Origin: a virus
IMG/VR virus record: IMGVR_UViG_3300045988_050262
Reading direction: 5' to 3' (one strand)
Length of the DNA: 13,374 nt
Positions 5,505 to 13,294 of the stretch are shown piece by piece. The position numbers and the translations under genes were made by a program. Each line of letters begins with the position of its first letter. Positions within the stretch are counted from its first letter, which is position 1. A model generated the notes under the pieces. It did not search any database, was not told where the DNA came from, and saw nothing but the letters and a program-made list of their open reading frames with translations.

Positions 5505-5529
5505 ATATTATCATCGGAGGGTTCGCACC

Positions 5530-5856
5530 ATGAAAGTATACTTGATTTGTGTTTTGGCCTGTATTCTGGCCGATATCCTGACCGGGTTGGTCAAATCCCT
5601 TTATGAAAAAGATTTCCAGTCTTCTGTCATGCGACAGGGCCTTTTCCACAAGGCGGGCGAATTGATGGTGCTGGGTCTGTTGTACGGCGTGGAATATGCG
5701 GCTCCTATGCTGGGTATCACGTTCGAGTTGCCCACGTTCCGCGCCGGAGCCTGCTATTGTATTTTGATGGAAGTGGGGAGTATCATTGAGAATATTAAGC
5801 CGTTCACCCCCGCCATTTCCTCTATCTTGAGAAAGGATGAAGACAATGCCGATTGA
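5530..5856 (+). CDS. Holin (phage_holin_4 / toxin-secretion-holin type), 108 aa
   Basis: GGAGGG (5516-5521) lies 8 nt before ATG 5530. Product MKVYLICVLACILADILTGLVKSLYEK...GELMVLGLLYGVEY...CYCILMEVGSIIENI has three hydrophobic segments typical of this holin family. It sits directly upstream of the endolysin. Confidence 0.85.
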   Translation: MKVYLICVLACILADILTGLVKSLYEKDFQSSVMRQGLFHKAGELMVLGLLYGVEYAAPMLGITFELPTFRAGACYCILMEVGSIIENIKPFTPAISSILRKDEDNAD

Positions 5857-6574
5857 TGTTTATTTGTCCCCGGCATATCACCGGCAGAATAACTGCTGTT
5901 ATCACCGGCCAGACGGGCAGCCCTGCTATGAGACGTTGCATAACAACGAATATCTGGACGTGCTGGAAAAGTTCCTGACGGCCAACGCGATCACCTATGC
6001 GCGCGGCCCGCGCCGTGTCCCTATGTCCAATGAGGACGGCACGGCGCTGATGAACAAGGCTATTGCCGAAAGTAATAAGCTGAAAGCGCGGGTGCATTTC
6101 GTAAGCCACACCAACGCAAGCGCCAACGGCACCGCAAGCGGATACCACCCCATGTATTACGCATACAGCGCGAGCGGGAAATTGCTGTGCGAGCTGTTTG
6201 CTAAGTATCGTCGAGACATTTACCCCGGCGCGGTGAAGTGCGTACCCCGCCCCAGCGGCTATGGCGGCAATCTGGCGGAGCTACGAAACACCACCGGCGT
6301 ATGTATCTATCAGGAGCATATATTCCACGACAACGCGCAGGATGCGGCGTGGTTCCATACGCACATGGAGGATATTGCACGGGCCGATACAAAGGCGCTG
6401 TGCAAGTGGTTCGGGAAAACCTACGTGGAGCCCGACCGCGCCGAACAGGAAACCGGCGCGCCGCGCTTTGGTCTTGACTATTCCAAATCCGATGGCTTTA
6501 GCTGGTACGTGGACGGCGTTGAGACTACACCGCGCGGCTTTATGGACGCACTGACAAGTTTAATGGAGGACTGA
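5837..6574 (+). CDS. Endolysin: N-acetylmuramoyl-L-alanine amidase (Amidase_3-like)
   Basis: Zn-amidase pattern: SPAYH...E...VSHTNA...LAELRNT...IYQEHIFHDN. It overlaps the holin stop. The SD (AAAGGA 5832-5837) fits the second ATG at 5846 better than 5837. Confidence 0.88.
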   Translation: MKTMPIDVYLSPAYHRQNNCCYHRPDGQPCYETLHNNEYLDVLEKFLTANAITYARGPRRVPMSNEDGTALMNKAIAESNKLKARVHFVSHTNASANGTASGYHPMYYAYSASGKLLCELFAKYRRDIYPGAVKCVPRPSGYGGNLAELRNTTGVCIYQEHIFHDNAQDAAWFHTHMEDIARADTKALCKWFGKTYVEPDRAEQETGAPRFGLDYSKSDGFSWYVDGVETTPRGFMDALTSLMED

Positions 6575-6575
6575 C

Positions 6576-6869
6576 ATGAATTATTCGGATATTATCGCGC
6601 TGGCCCGCGCAGGGTTCACCGCACAGCAGATAGCGCAGATGTCGCAGGCGGAGTCCGCGCCGGTTCAGCAGGAGCCCGCGCCGGCTCAGCAGGAGCCCGT
6701 ACAGCAGACACAGGACCAGTTGTCCGCGATCCTTGCAGAAATGCAGACGCTCAAGCAGACCATGCAGGCGCAGAACAGGCAAAACGCAGAGCTTATCCCG
6801 CCCACGCCGCAAAGCGCCCAGGATATCCTGTCAAGTATTATTGCCCCGCCGAAGAACGGGGAGAAATAA
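6576..6869 (+). CDS. Putative scaffolding protein (97 aa)
   Basis: GGAGGA lies 5 nt before ATG 6576. It is immediately upstream of the capsid gene and the same size class as phi29 gp7. It is Q/A/E-rich and helical, with an in-frame 7-aa tandem duplication. Confidence 0.6.
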   Translation: MNYSDIIALARAGFTAQQIAQMSQAESAPVQQEPAPAQQEPVQQTQDQLSAILAEMQTLKQTMQAQNRQNAELIPPTPQSAQDILSSIIAPPKNGEK

Positions 6870-6887
6870 TAAGGAGGTACTTACAAT

Positions 6888-8105
6888 ATGAATAGCATGA
6901 CCTTTTCCCAGGCGGCAACCGTTCTGACCGATATCGTCAAGCAGGCGACCGGCCAGGAAGCGATCACCGCGATCACCACGCCGCAGGATTTTGTAGCGGT
7001 AGCGCAGACTGCGTTGAAAACGGGCTATGACCCCGTTATCAACGCAATTTCACAGATTTGGAGCCGCACGATCTTTTCCGTGCGCGACTACCGGACGCCC
7101 ATGGACTCCCTTATGATGGATATGCCCCGCTACGGTAACGCCCTGCGGAAGCTGTCCCCCGTCAGTGGTGAGATGGTGGACGATGATCGTTATAAGTACC
7201 CCGTGGCCTATGACGCCACCAAGACCGGAAACCCTCTGGGCAACGGCGAGAGCGTAGACATGTATGCCATTAAGAAGCAGGAGACCCTGCAAACCAATTT
7301 CTATGGCACCGCTGTCTATGAGCAGCATTACACCATGTTCCGCGATCAGTTTGACGCCGCCTTTGAAAGCGCGGACGAGTTCAGCCGTTACAATGCTATG
7401 TGCATGACGGAGCGTATGAACGACCGCGAGAGCTACAAGGAAAGTATCGGACGCGGCATTCAGGCCAACTTCATTGGCGGCCTGCTGTCCGAGGGTAACG
7501 CGAGTCGAGTTATCCACCTGCTGACCGACTACAACGCCGCCACCGGCCTGTCCCTGACTGCGCAGAGTGTGTACCAGCCCGCCAATTTTGCGCCCTTTAT
7601 GCGCTGGGTGTACGCGCGTATCAAGACGATCTCCCGGATGTTCGCAGAGCGTTCCCAGATGTTCCAGACCGTTATCAATACCAAGCCGGTCTTGCGGCAC
7701 ACCAACCCGGAAAATCTGCGTATCGCGCTCTATGCGCCCGCTATGGACCAGATGAACGCCATGGTGCTGTCCGACACCTATAACGACAACTATCTCCAGT
7801 ACGCGACCTATGACGCGGTTAATTTCTGGCAGAATATCGAGACGCCTGACACCATCGAAATCGCCCCCGTGTATACCGACACCACCGGTGCGCTGAAGCA
7901 GGTGGAAGCGGCGAAGCCGGTGGAGAAAGCGGGTATTTTCGGCGTCATCCATGATCGTGACGCTCTGGGTTATGCCATCGTCAACGACTGGGCGCAGCCC
8001 ACTCCGTTCAACGCCCGCGGCGGCTATTGGAATGAGTTTTATCATTCCACGTTCAAGACCATTTCCGACAATACCGAGAAAGCCTGTGTCCTGTTGCTGG
8101 ACTAA
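6888..8105 (+). CDS. Major capsid protein, phi29 gp8-like (HK97 fold), 405 aa
   Basis: The C-terminal segment HDRDALGYAIVNDWAQPTPFNARGGYWNEFYHSTFKTISDNTEKACVLLL parallels phi29 gp8 [47 protein letters not shown]. Strong SD, and a terminator downstream. Confidence 0.9.
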   Translation: MNSMTFSQAATVLTDIVKQATGQEAITAITTPQDFVAVAQTALKTGYDPVINAISQIWSRTIFSVRDYRTPMDSLMMDMPRYGNALRKLSPVSGEMVDDDRYKYPVAYDATKTGNPLGNGESVDMYAIKKQETLQTNFYGTAVYEQHYTMFRDQFDAAFESADEFSRYNAMCMTERMNDRESYKESIGRGIQANFIGGLLSEGNASRVIHLLTDYNAATGLSLTAQSVYQPANFAPFMRWVYARIKTISRMFAERSQMFQTVINTKPVLRHTNPENLRIALYAPAMDQMNAMVLSDTYNDNYLQYATYDAVNFWQNIETPDTIEIAPVYTDTTGALKQVEAAKPVEKAGIFGVIHDRDALGYAIVNDWAQPTPFNARGGYWNEFYHSTFKTISDNTEKACVLLLD

Positions 8106-8114
8106 TGGCATTGA

Positions 8115-8141
8115 GGGAGACCGGGCAACCGGTCTCCCTTT
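8115..8141 (+). terminator. Intrinsic terminator or attenuator after the capsid gene
   Basis: gggagaccgg-gcaa-ccggtctccc forms a 10-bp GC-rich stem with a tetraloop, followed by TTT. It lies between the capsid stop (8105) and the next SD (8142). Confidence 0.6.
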
Positions 8142-8153
8142 GGAGGAAAGTAT

Positions 8154-9542
8154 ATGAGCTTTAAAGTCAGACTCTATACAATCGAAAAATATGACCGGAG
8201 CACGAAACAGCCAACGGGGGCGGGGAAAGAGTATGAATGCCTGGCTAACACTCCGTTCTCCGTCCTCTCTCCCACACTGCGGCTGGCTACCGGGGACGCG
8301 GTGAGCGTATATAATTATGTATATGTGCCCTCCGTGGACCGGTTTTATTTCGTCAATGAGTGGACCTATTCCCGCGGCTTGTGGGAGGCGGAATGCGCTG
8401 TTGATGTGCTGGCCAGTTGGAAAAGCTATATCGGGGACAGTACGCTGTACGTGTTGCGCTCTGCGGCACAGTCGGACGGCTCTGTTATCGATATGGCATA
8501 CCCCACCACGGCGAAATTGGACGTGGTGCAGAAAGCGTTTACGCTGGCGGGGAGTGATCAGGAGTCGTGGAATTATGACGGTGTTAAAGGCACTTATGTT
8601 GTCGGTATCGCGGGCCGAACGGGCGGAGCCGTTACATACTGGGCCATGAACACAGCTATGTGGGCGAATTTCACAAATGAAATTTTTGGCACCGGCGAAT
8701 ACGCGGGCATAGTGGACGAAGCCGAAAAGCGGAATTTTAACCCGTTGCAGTATTTTGTATCCGCTAAATGGTTCCCGTTCGATATTCAGACCGCGGGAGG
8801 TACAGCCCCCATCACATTGGGCTGGTGGACGATGAGCAGTAAAGCGTTTCAGTTTGAAGCGTCCAGCTCCAAACCTATGTTTTCCGGCACGATCACTATT
8901 CCGAAACACCCGCAGGCCGCGGCACGCGGAAAGTACATGAATTCTGGCGCGTTTTCCGCCTACGCGCTCAAGCTTCCCTGTTTCGGACTGGTGCAGATAC
9001 CGCCCGCCCTGATTATAGACACTACAAGTCTGGAAGTAGAGATTTGGACGAATATCGCCGACGGGACTGGAATGCTGAAAGTAACGGCGAATAATCGCGC
9101 CGAGCCTATTATTTTCTTGGAAGCGCCTGTGGGGTGCCCCGTACAGCTTTCTCAGGTGTCAGCAGGTTTGTTGTCCTCTATCGCTAATCGCGCGCAAGCG
9201 GGCGGCGGTTTGTGGGGGGCGGTCGTCCAAGCGGCACGTTCCGCCATTACGGAAATTGGTGAGGTGGTCGGCCTGCCTGTAGAAAATTCTACGGCAGTAG
9301 CGACCAACGGCACCAACGCAAGCCGCGCTATGACGAAAATCACGCCCGCATTGCTGGCGACATTTACCTATGCCACTGACGAGGACGTACAGCACCGGGG
9401 CAGGCCGCTGTGTAAGCTGGTAAAGGTCTCCACGTTGTCCGGTTACATTCAGGCGGCGGATGGTGACATTCTGGCTCCCGCTACGGAGAGCGAGTTACGG
9501 AGCATTAAAGCGTATTTGGAGGGAGGTTTTTTCTATGAGTAG
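8154..9542 (+). CDS. Tail knob / tail tube protein, phi29 gp9-like, 462 aa
   Basis: DRFYFVNEWTYSRGLWEAECAVDVLASW parallels phi29 gp9 [31 protein letters not shown]. The C-terminal ...VSTLSGYIQAADGDI...ELRSIKAYLEGGFFYE parallels ...YVQTKDCFISGDI...LQEIRTIFDNGITLW. Confidence 0.8.
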   Translation: MSFKVRLYTIEKYDRSTKQPTGAGKEYECLANTPFSVLSPTLRLATGDAVSVYNYVYVPSVDRFYFVNEWTYSRGLWEAECAVDVLASWKSYIGDSTLYVLRSAAQSDGSVIDMAYPTTAKLDVVQKAFTLAGSDQESWNYDGVKGTYVVGIAGRTGGAVTYWAMNTAMWANFTNEIFGTGEYAGIVDEAEKRNFNPLQYFVSAKWFPFDIQTAGGTAPITLGWWTMSSKAFQFEASSSKPMFSGTITIPKHPQAAARGKYMNSGAFSAYALKLPCFGLVQIPPALIIDTTSLEVEIWTNIADGTGMLKVTANNRAEPIIFLEAPVGCPVQLSQVSAGLLSSIANRAQAGGGLWGAVVQAARSAITEIGEVVGLPVENSTAVATNGTNASRAMTKITPALLATFTYATDEDVQHRGRPLCKLVKVSTLSGYIQAADGDILAPATESELRSIKAYLEGGFFYE

Positions 9543-10476
9543 TTACGGCGGCGCGCCGGTATTCTACGATCACCAGAACGTCGCACTAACGGAGGTCTCC
9601 CCCTCTACGGTCCATAGCCAGAACACCAAGCTTGTGCGCTACTACAAGCGCTATCTGCTACAGAAAGCCATGTCGGTGTTTAAGTGGAAGCTTCCGGAAC
9701 ATTGGAACAGGGACTATCTGTTGTATTCCCTGTACTGCTGGGGCGTGGTGGCCGTGTTTAATACAGATCGTTTCGGCGTCATTCCGCAGATGTGCGGACT
9801 GGCCGGTTATGGCGTATTCTATCAGCCCACGCGGGCGATCATTGCAAATTCGCTTATCAATCGAAGCATTGAGGCGAGAATTGGCGAGACGTGCGAATTG
9901 CTCAAGCTCCAGTCGGATTTCGGCGGCATTATGGATATGGTGGCACAGTATGCGGAGCTGATGGCACTCACGTCTGAAATGGTATCCATGAATGTGGTCA
10001 ACTCAAAGCTGTCCTATGTGTTCACGTCCGGGAATAAGGCGGCGGCGGAAAGCTTCAAGAAGCTGTACGACAAGATCACCAGCGGCGAGCCCGCTGTTGT
10101 GGTTGATAAGGCGCTTATGCTCCCGGATGGCTCCAAGGCGTGGGAAGCGTTTGAACAGAATTTGCGGCAGAATTTCATAGCCGGAGACGGCCTGTCACTT
10201 CTGCGGCAGATCGAAAACCAGTTTGCCACGGATATCGGTATCCCGAACGCCAACACCGAGAAGCGCGAAAGGGCTGTCGTGGACGAGATCAACGCGAATA
10301 ACGTTGAGACCTATTCAAAATGTGCGCTGTGGTTGGAGTCCTTGCAGGACGGCTGTGAGCGCGTGAAGCGGATGTTTGGCGAGTCGCTGGGCGGCGAGCT
10401 GTCCGTTGACTGGCGTTTCCAGCCAGTGGTTGAGAAGCCGGAGAACGGCGGGGAGGTAGACGAAGATGAAAAGTAG
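9535..10476 (+). CDS. Portal / upper collar connector, phi29 gp10-like, 313 aa
   Basis: GGAGGT lies 7 nt before ATG 9535, overlapping the upstream stop (ATGAGTAG). GIPNANTEKRERAVVDEINANNVETYSK parallels phi29 gp10 [28 protein letters not shown]. The C-terminal tail is acidic. The ORF-track start at 9460 lies inside the tail knob gene. Confidence 0.9.
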   Translation: MSSYGGAPVFYDHQNVALTEVSPSTVHSQNTKLVRYYKRYLLQKAMSVFKWKLPEHWNRDYLLYSLYCWGVVAVFNTDRFGVIPQMCGLAGYGVFYQPTRAIIANSLINRSIEARIGETCELLKLQSDFGGIMDMVAQYAELMALTSEMVSMNVVNSKLSYVFTSGNKAAAESFKKLYDKITSGEPAVVVDKALMLPDGSKAWEAFEQNLRQNFIAGDGLSLLRQIENQFATDIGIPNANTEKRERAVVDEINANNVETYSKCALWLESLQDGCERVKRMFGESLGGELSVDWRFQPVVEKPENGGEVDEDEK

Positions 10477-10981
10477 TCTGTCTATTCTGGGGCTATATCA
10501 GTGGGATAATACACTGTTCGACCCTATGAACGTACCCGCCGGAGTGGACAAACAAACGGTGATCAATAACATTCTGATGGATTGCGCGGAGCTGGAGGTG
10601 CTCTATTCTAATCCGGATACCATGAAGACGGCAATCTCTATTTGGAGCGGCCTGTCTCAGAATAGCTGGAACAGAATGCAGGACGCGCTGACGGCGAGCT
10701 ACAGCCCCATTGAGAATTACGACCGGTATGAGGAGTGGGAGGACGGAAGCACCAACGAAGCGAATTCGCAGGTGGCCGCGTATAATGACTCCACAATGGC
10801 GAATGCGGACCGCGCGACCAGTAAGGGTACCGGGACGCATTCCGGGCACCTGCACGGCAATATCGGCGTGACTACCAACCAGCAGATGATCACCGAGGAA
10901 ATGGAAATGCGCGCCAAGTATAATATGGTGGACATTATCACCGGGGAGTTTAAACGGCGGTTCTGTCTGCTGGTATATTAG
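10466..10981 (+). CDS. Putative lower collar / head-tail adaptor protein (171 aa)
   Basis: GGGAGGT lies 8 nt before ATG 10466, overlapping the portal stop. It follows the portal directly, as gp11 does in phi29. It contains a SPIENYDRYEEWE motif. The function is positional inference. Confidence 0.5.
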   Translation: MKSSLSILGLYQWDNTLFDPMNVPAGVDKQTVINNILMDCAELEVLYSNPDTMKTAISIWSGLSQNSWNRMQDALTASYSPIENYDRYEEWEDGSTNEANSQVAAYNDSTMANADRATSKGTGTHSGHLHGNIGVTTNQQMITEEMEMRAKYNMVDIITGEFKRRFCLLVY

Positions 10982-10992
10982 GAGGTGAGAAC

Positions 10993-11565
10993 ATGGCTTT
11001 TGAAGTATTCCCCTATTCTAATCTGCATGATCTCAATTTGGACTGGGTACTCAAGCAGGTCAAGACGATCAGCGAGTACCAGGGCAGTTTTGACCAGCAG
11101 ATAGCGGCACTGTCACAGCAGATCGTAACTATTCAGAGACAGATCAATGCGGAAATGCAGAGGTTCCAGAACGCGGTAAATGCCAGTATCAACGCCCAGA
11201 CCCAGACGCTGGCCAGTTTTCAGGACGAGCTGGACGTGCATACGTCGGCAATCGCGGAGCTGGAACAGGCGTTGCAAGACAGCGTGGTCGGTTTGCAGCA
11301 GTTTGTGCTGTTGAATATTGCGGAAAACAATATTCGGCTGAAAGACGAGCTGTCGCAGGATATCCGGAATTTTACGGTTATCAATCCTTTTGACGGCACC
11401 AGCGTGACGGTCCAGCAGATGTTTGATACTCTGGCGCAGTTGCATATGACGGACTCGCTGACCTATAGCCAGTTGACTGGTAAGGGCAAGACCTACGCTC
11501 AGTTGTCCGCGTTGCAGATCACCTATTTCAATCTGATTAACCACGGCGCAAGCCTGGTAAAGTAA
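10993..11565 (+). CDS. Tail appendage / fibre-associated coiled-coil protein (190 aa)
   Basis: AGGAGGTG lies 5 nt before ATG 10993. The N-terminal HDLNLDWVLKQVKT box resembles the anchor motif at the start of many Firmicutes phage fibre proteins. A long Q-rich heptad-like region follows. Confidence 0.5.
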   Translation: MAFEVFPYSNLHDLNLDWVLKQVKTISEYQGSFDQQIAALSQQIVTIQRQINAEMQRFQNAVNASINAQTQTLASFQDELDVHTSAIAELEQALQDSVVGLQQFVLLNIAENNIRLKDELSQDIRNFTVINPFDGTSVTVQQMFDTLAQLHMTDSLTYSQLTGKGKTYAQLSALQITYFNLINHGASLVK

Positions 11566-11580
11566 AGGAGGATTTACATC

Positions 11581-12285
11581 ATGCCCACTACTACCACACA
11601 TTTCAGTCTCAAAAAGCCCACTGGCGATGATCTCTATAACCACCTGACAATCGACAATCCGAACATGGACGCCATCGACAAGGCCATGTATGACAACCAG
11701 CAGGCGGCTATCTGCACGGCTACTCATAGCAAGGTCGGTACGGTCCAGACGCTGACGCGGCAGGGCGGTAAAAGTGCCATGTTCCGATTTGTGGCTACCG
11801 CGGCCTTTGCCGCTGGCGACACGTTCACGGTGGATGGGCAGGCAGTGACGGCCACGCTGCCGGACGGTTCCGGTCTGAGCGCTGGCGCGTTCGTCATCAA
11901 TTCCAATGTGCTGGCCTGTCTGGTCGGTACGCAGATGACGGTGTACACGGTGGCCGGTGCGGGTTCTCTGGACGCGGCTACGCTGGACGGACACCCCGCT
12001 GAATACTTTGCGGTGGCGAGCGAGACGGCGAAGAAGAGCACCAGCCAGAATGTGACTCTGAATACAGGGCTTTGGAGCACTTCCGGTAAGCTGTATACCC
12101 AGAGCGTGAGCGTGGCCGGTGTGACTGCCGCAAGCAATTTGGTTATTGGCCCCGCGGCGGAGAGCTGGGATGCGGCGGTAGCCGCGCAGGTCCGGTGCAC
12201 CGCGCAGGGCAACGCAAGTCTGACGTTTACGGCAAGTAAGTTGCCGGAGACGCCCGTTGTAATGACGGTGATTATTGTCGGATAA
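11581..12285 (+). CDS. Tail fibre / receptor-binding protein (234 aa)
   Basis: AAGGAGG lies 9 nt before ATG 11581. The N-terminal LKKPTGDDLYNHLTIDNPNMDAIDKA box is typical of Gram-positive phage fibre N-termini. The rest is A/T/G/V-rich and beta-like. Confidence 0.55.
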   Translation: MPTTTTHFSLKKPTGDDLYNHLTIDNPNMDAIDKAMYDNQQAAICTATHSKVGTVQTLTRQGGKSAMFRFVATAAFAAGDTFTVDGQAVTATLPDGSGLSAGAFVINSNVLACLVGTQMTVYTVAGAGSLDAATLDGHPAEYFAVASETAKKSTSQNVTLNTGLWSTSGKLYTQSVSVAGVTAASNLVIGPAAESWDAAVAAQVRCTAQGNASLTFTASKLPETPVVMTVIIVG

Positions 12286-12337
12286 GTGAATATGTGGTGG
12301 GTGGGAACGGGCAAGCTGATTATATAGGAGGTTTACT

Positions 12338-13234
12338 ATGGCAATTGTAAATACTCATTATGGGTTCTGTGCCAAGGGTGGCGTAGCGGACAAGTTCACG
12401 TATACTGGCGAGTATAATATCCGGGCCGATGGCGTGGTGGAACTGCTGACGAGTGGAACCATTGTGTTCCTCGAGCCGATAGTCATTGACGTGTTTTGCG
12501 TCGGCGGTGGTGGACATGGTGGAGAGGTACGTGTCAGCACTACAATGACACCGGGAAGCGGGGAAGGCTATGGCGCTGGCGGCGGCGGATTGACCAGCAC
12601 CGCAAAAAATGTAAATGTCCAAGGAAGCATAGACGTAACCATTGGTGCTGGTTCTCAGGAGGTTTCCAGTTTCACGAAGGAAGTTCGCGGAGAAACAACG
12701 TCATTTGGCAATATTCTAAGCGCATTAGGGGGGCTATCCGGGTATGTAAATCGTGAAGCAACGGAAGGAGTAACCACTAAACGGAGCACAGAAGGCCGCG
12801 CTGGCGGAAGTGGCGGCGGTGGTGGCGTTACAAATAATTCCGATTGGGGGGCCGGTGGAAGTAACGGCAGCAATGGCGAAAATGGATACTATGGTAGCTA
12901 CACACCCACAGGTGGAGCAGGACAAGGAACTACAACGCGAGAATTTGGAGAAGCCGGTGGCAAACTGTACGGCGGCGGCGGCGGCGCAGGGCGATATCTT
13001 TATGGAACCACACCGGTAGTTAGTAGCGGCGGTAGCGGTGGTGGCGGTTCTGGAGCATGGAGTAGTAGGAGATACGATCCTTACCAAGCGGCGGCTGATG
13101 GCGGTGCAAATACCGGTGGTGGCGGTGGCGGTGGTGTTTACTATGCAAAAACTTCAACCGAAACTGTGCCATTTAGTTGGTTAGCAGGGGGGTCTGGAGG
13201 TTCCGGTATCTGCTGTTTCCGCATGGCAAAATAA
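12338..13234 (+). CDS. Glycine-rich-domain protein (298 aa), probable distal fibre or spike
   Basis: AGGAGG lies 6 nt before ATG 12338. It has about 9 G-rich blocks (VGGGGHGG, GAGGGG, GGSGGGGG, GGGGGAG, GGSGGGGSG, TGGGGGGG, GGSGGSG) separated by short beta-like spacers. It is the last gene of the structural module. Confidence 0.6.
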   Translation: MAIVNTHYGFCAKGGVADKFTYTGEYNIRADGVVELLTSGTIVFLEPIVIDVFCVGGGGHGGEVRVSTTMTPGSGEGYGAGGGGLTSTAKNVNVQGSIDVTIGAGSQEVSSFTKEVRGETTSFGNILSALGGLSGYVNREATEGVTTKRSTEGRAGGSGGGGGVTNNSDWGAGGSNGSNGENGYYGSYTPTGGAGQGTTTREFGEAGGKLYGGGGGAGRYLYGTTPVVSSGGSGGGGSGAWSSRRYDPYQAAADGGANTGGGGGGGVYYAKTSTETVPFSWLAGGSGGSGICCFRMAK

Positions 13235-13237
13235 GAG

Positions 13238-13266
13238 TTGACAAACGCGATCAGGTGTGCTATACT
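13238..13266 (+). promoter_or_regulatory. Consensus promoter firing outward toward the right terminus
   Basis: TTGACA (13238-13243), a 17-nt spacer, TATACT (13261-13266), beginning 4 nt after the last stop codon. No gene lies downstream, only ~102 nt of ITR-containing sequence. Confidence 0.65.
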
Positions 13267-13294
13267 ATCCATGCTGGGTGGCGTAGCACACCTG
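13252..13294. repeat. 11-bp inverted repeat bracketing the -10 and start of the right terminal promoter (operator, or terminator for the last gene)
   Basis: caggtgtgcta (13252-13262) and tagcacacctg (13284-13294), separated by a 21-nt loop that contains most of the -10 (TATACT 13261-13266) and the predicted start. Confidence 0.55.

Noticed and set aside
5437-5529. 31-codon N-terminal extension of the holin from GTG 5437 (a possible antiholin isoform)
   Set aside because: The GTG has no properly spaced SD and lies inside the P1 stem. The extension coincides with the structured GC-rich leader, where an open frame is expected by chance. ATG 5530 has a good GGAGGG SD. A minor dual-start isoform cannot be excluded.
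7050-8909. 619-aa ORF on the minus strand
   Set aside because: It lies entirely antisense to the well-supported capsid and tail-knob genes. Its composition is R/G/H-rich and low in complexity, and it has no SD. This is a typical shadow ORF in GC-rich coding DNA.
11113-11994. 293-aa minus-strand ORF
   Set aside because: It is antisense to two SD-preceded fibre genes. It is Arg-rich and has no ribosome-binding site.
12294-12312. G-run cluster tGGtGGGtGGGaacGGG (potential G-quadruplex) upstream of the last gene
   Set aside because: It has only three GGG runs plus one GG. Similar GGTGG strings recur as SD-like sequences throughout the genome. There is no independent support.
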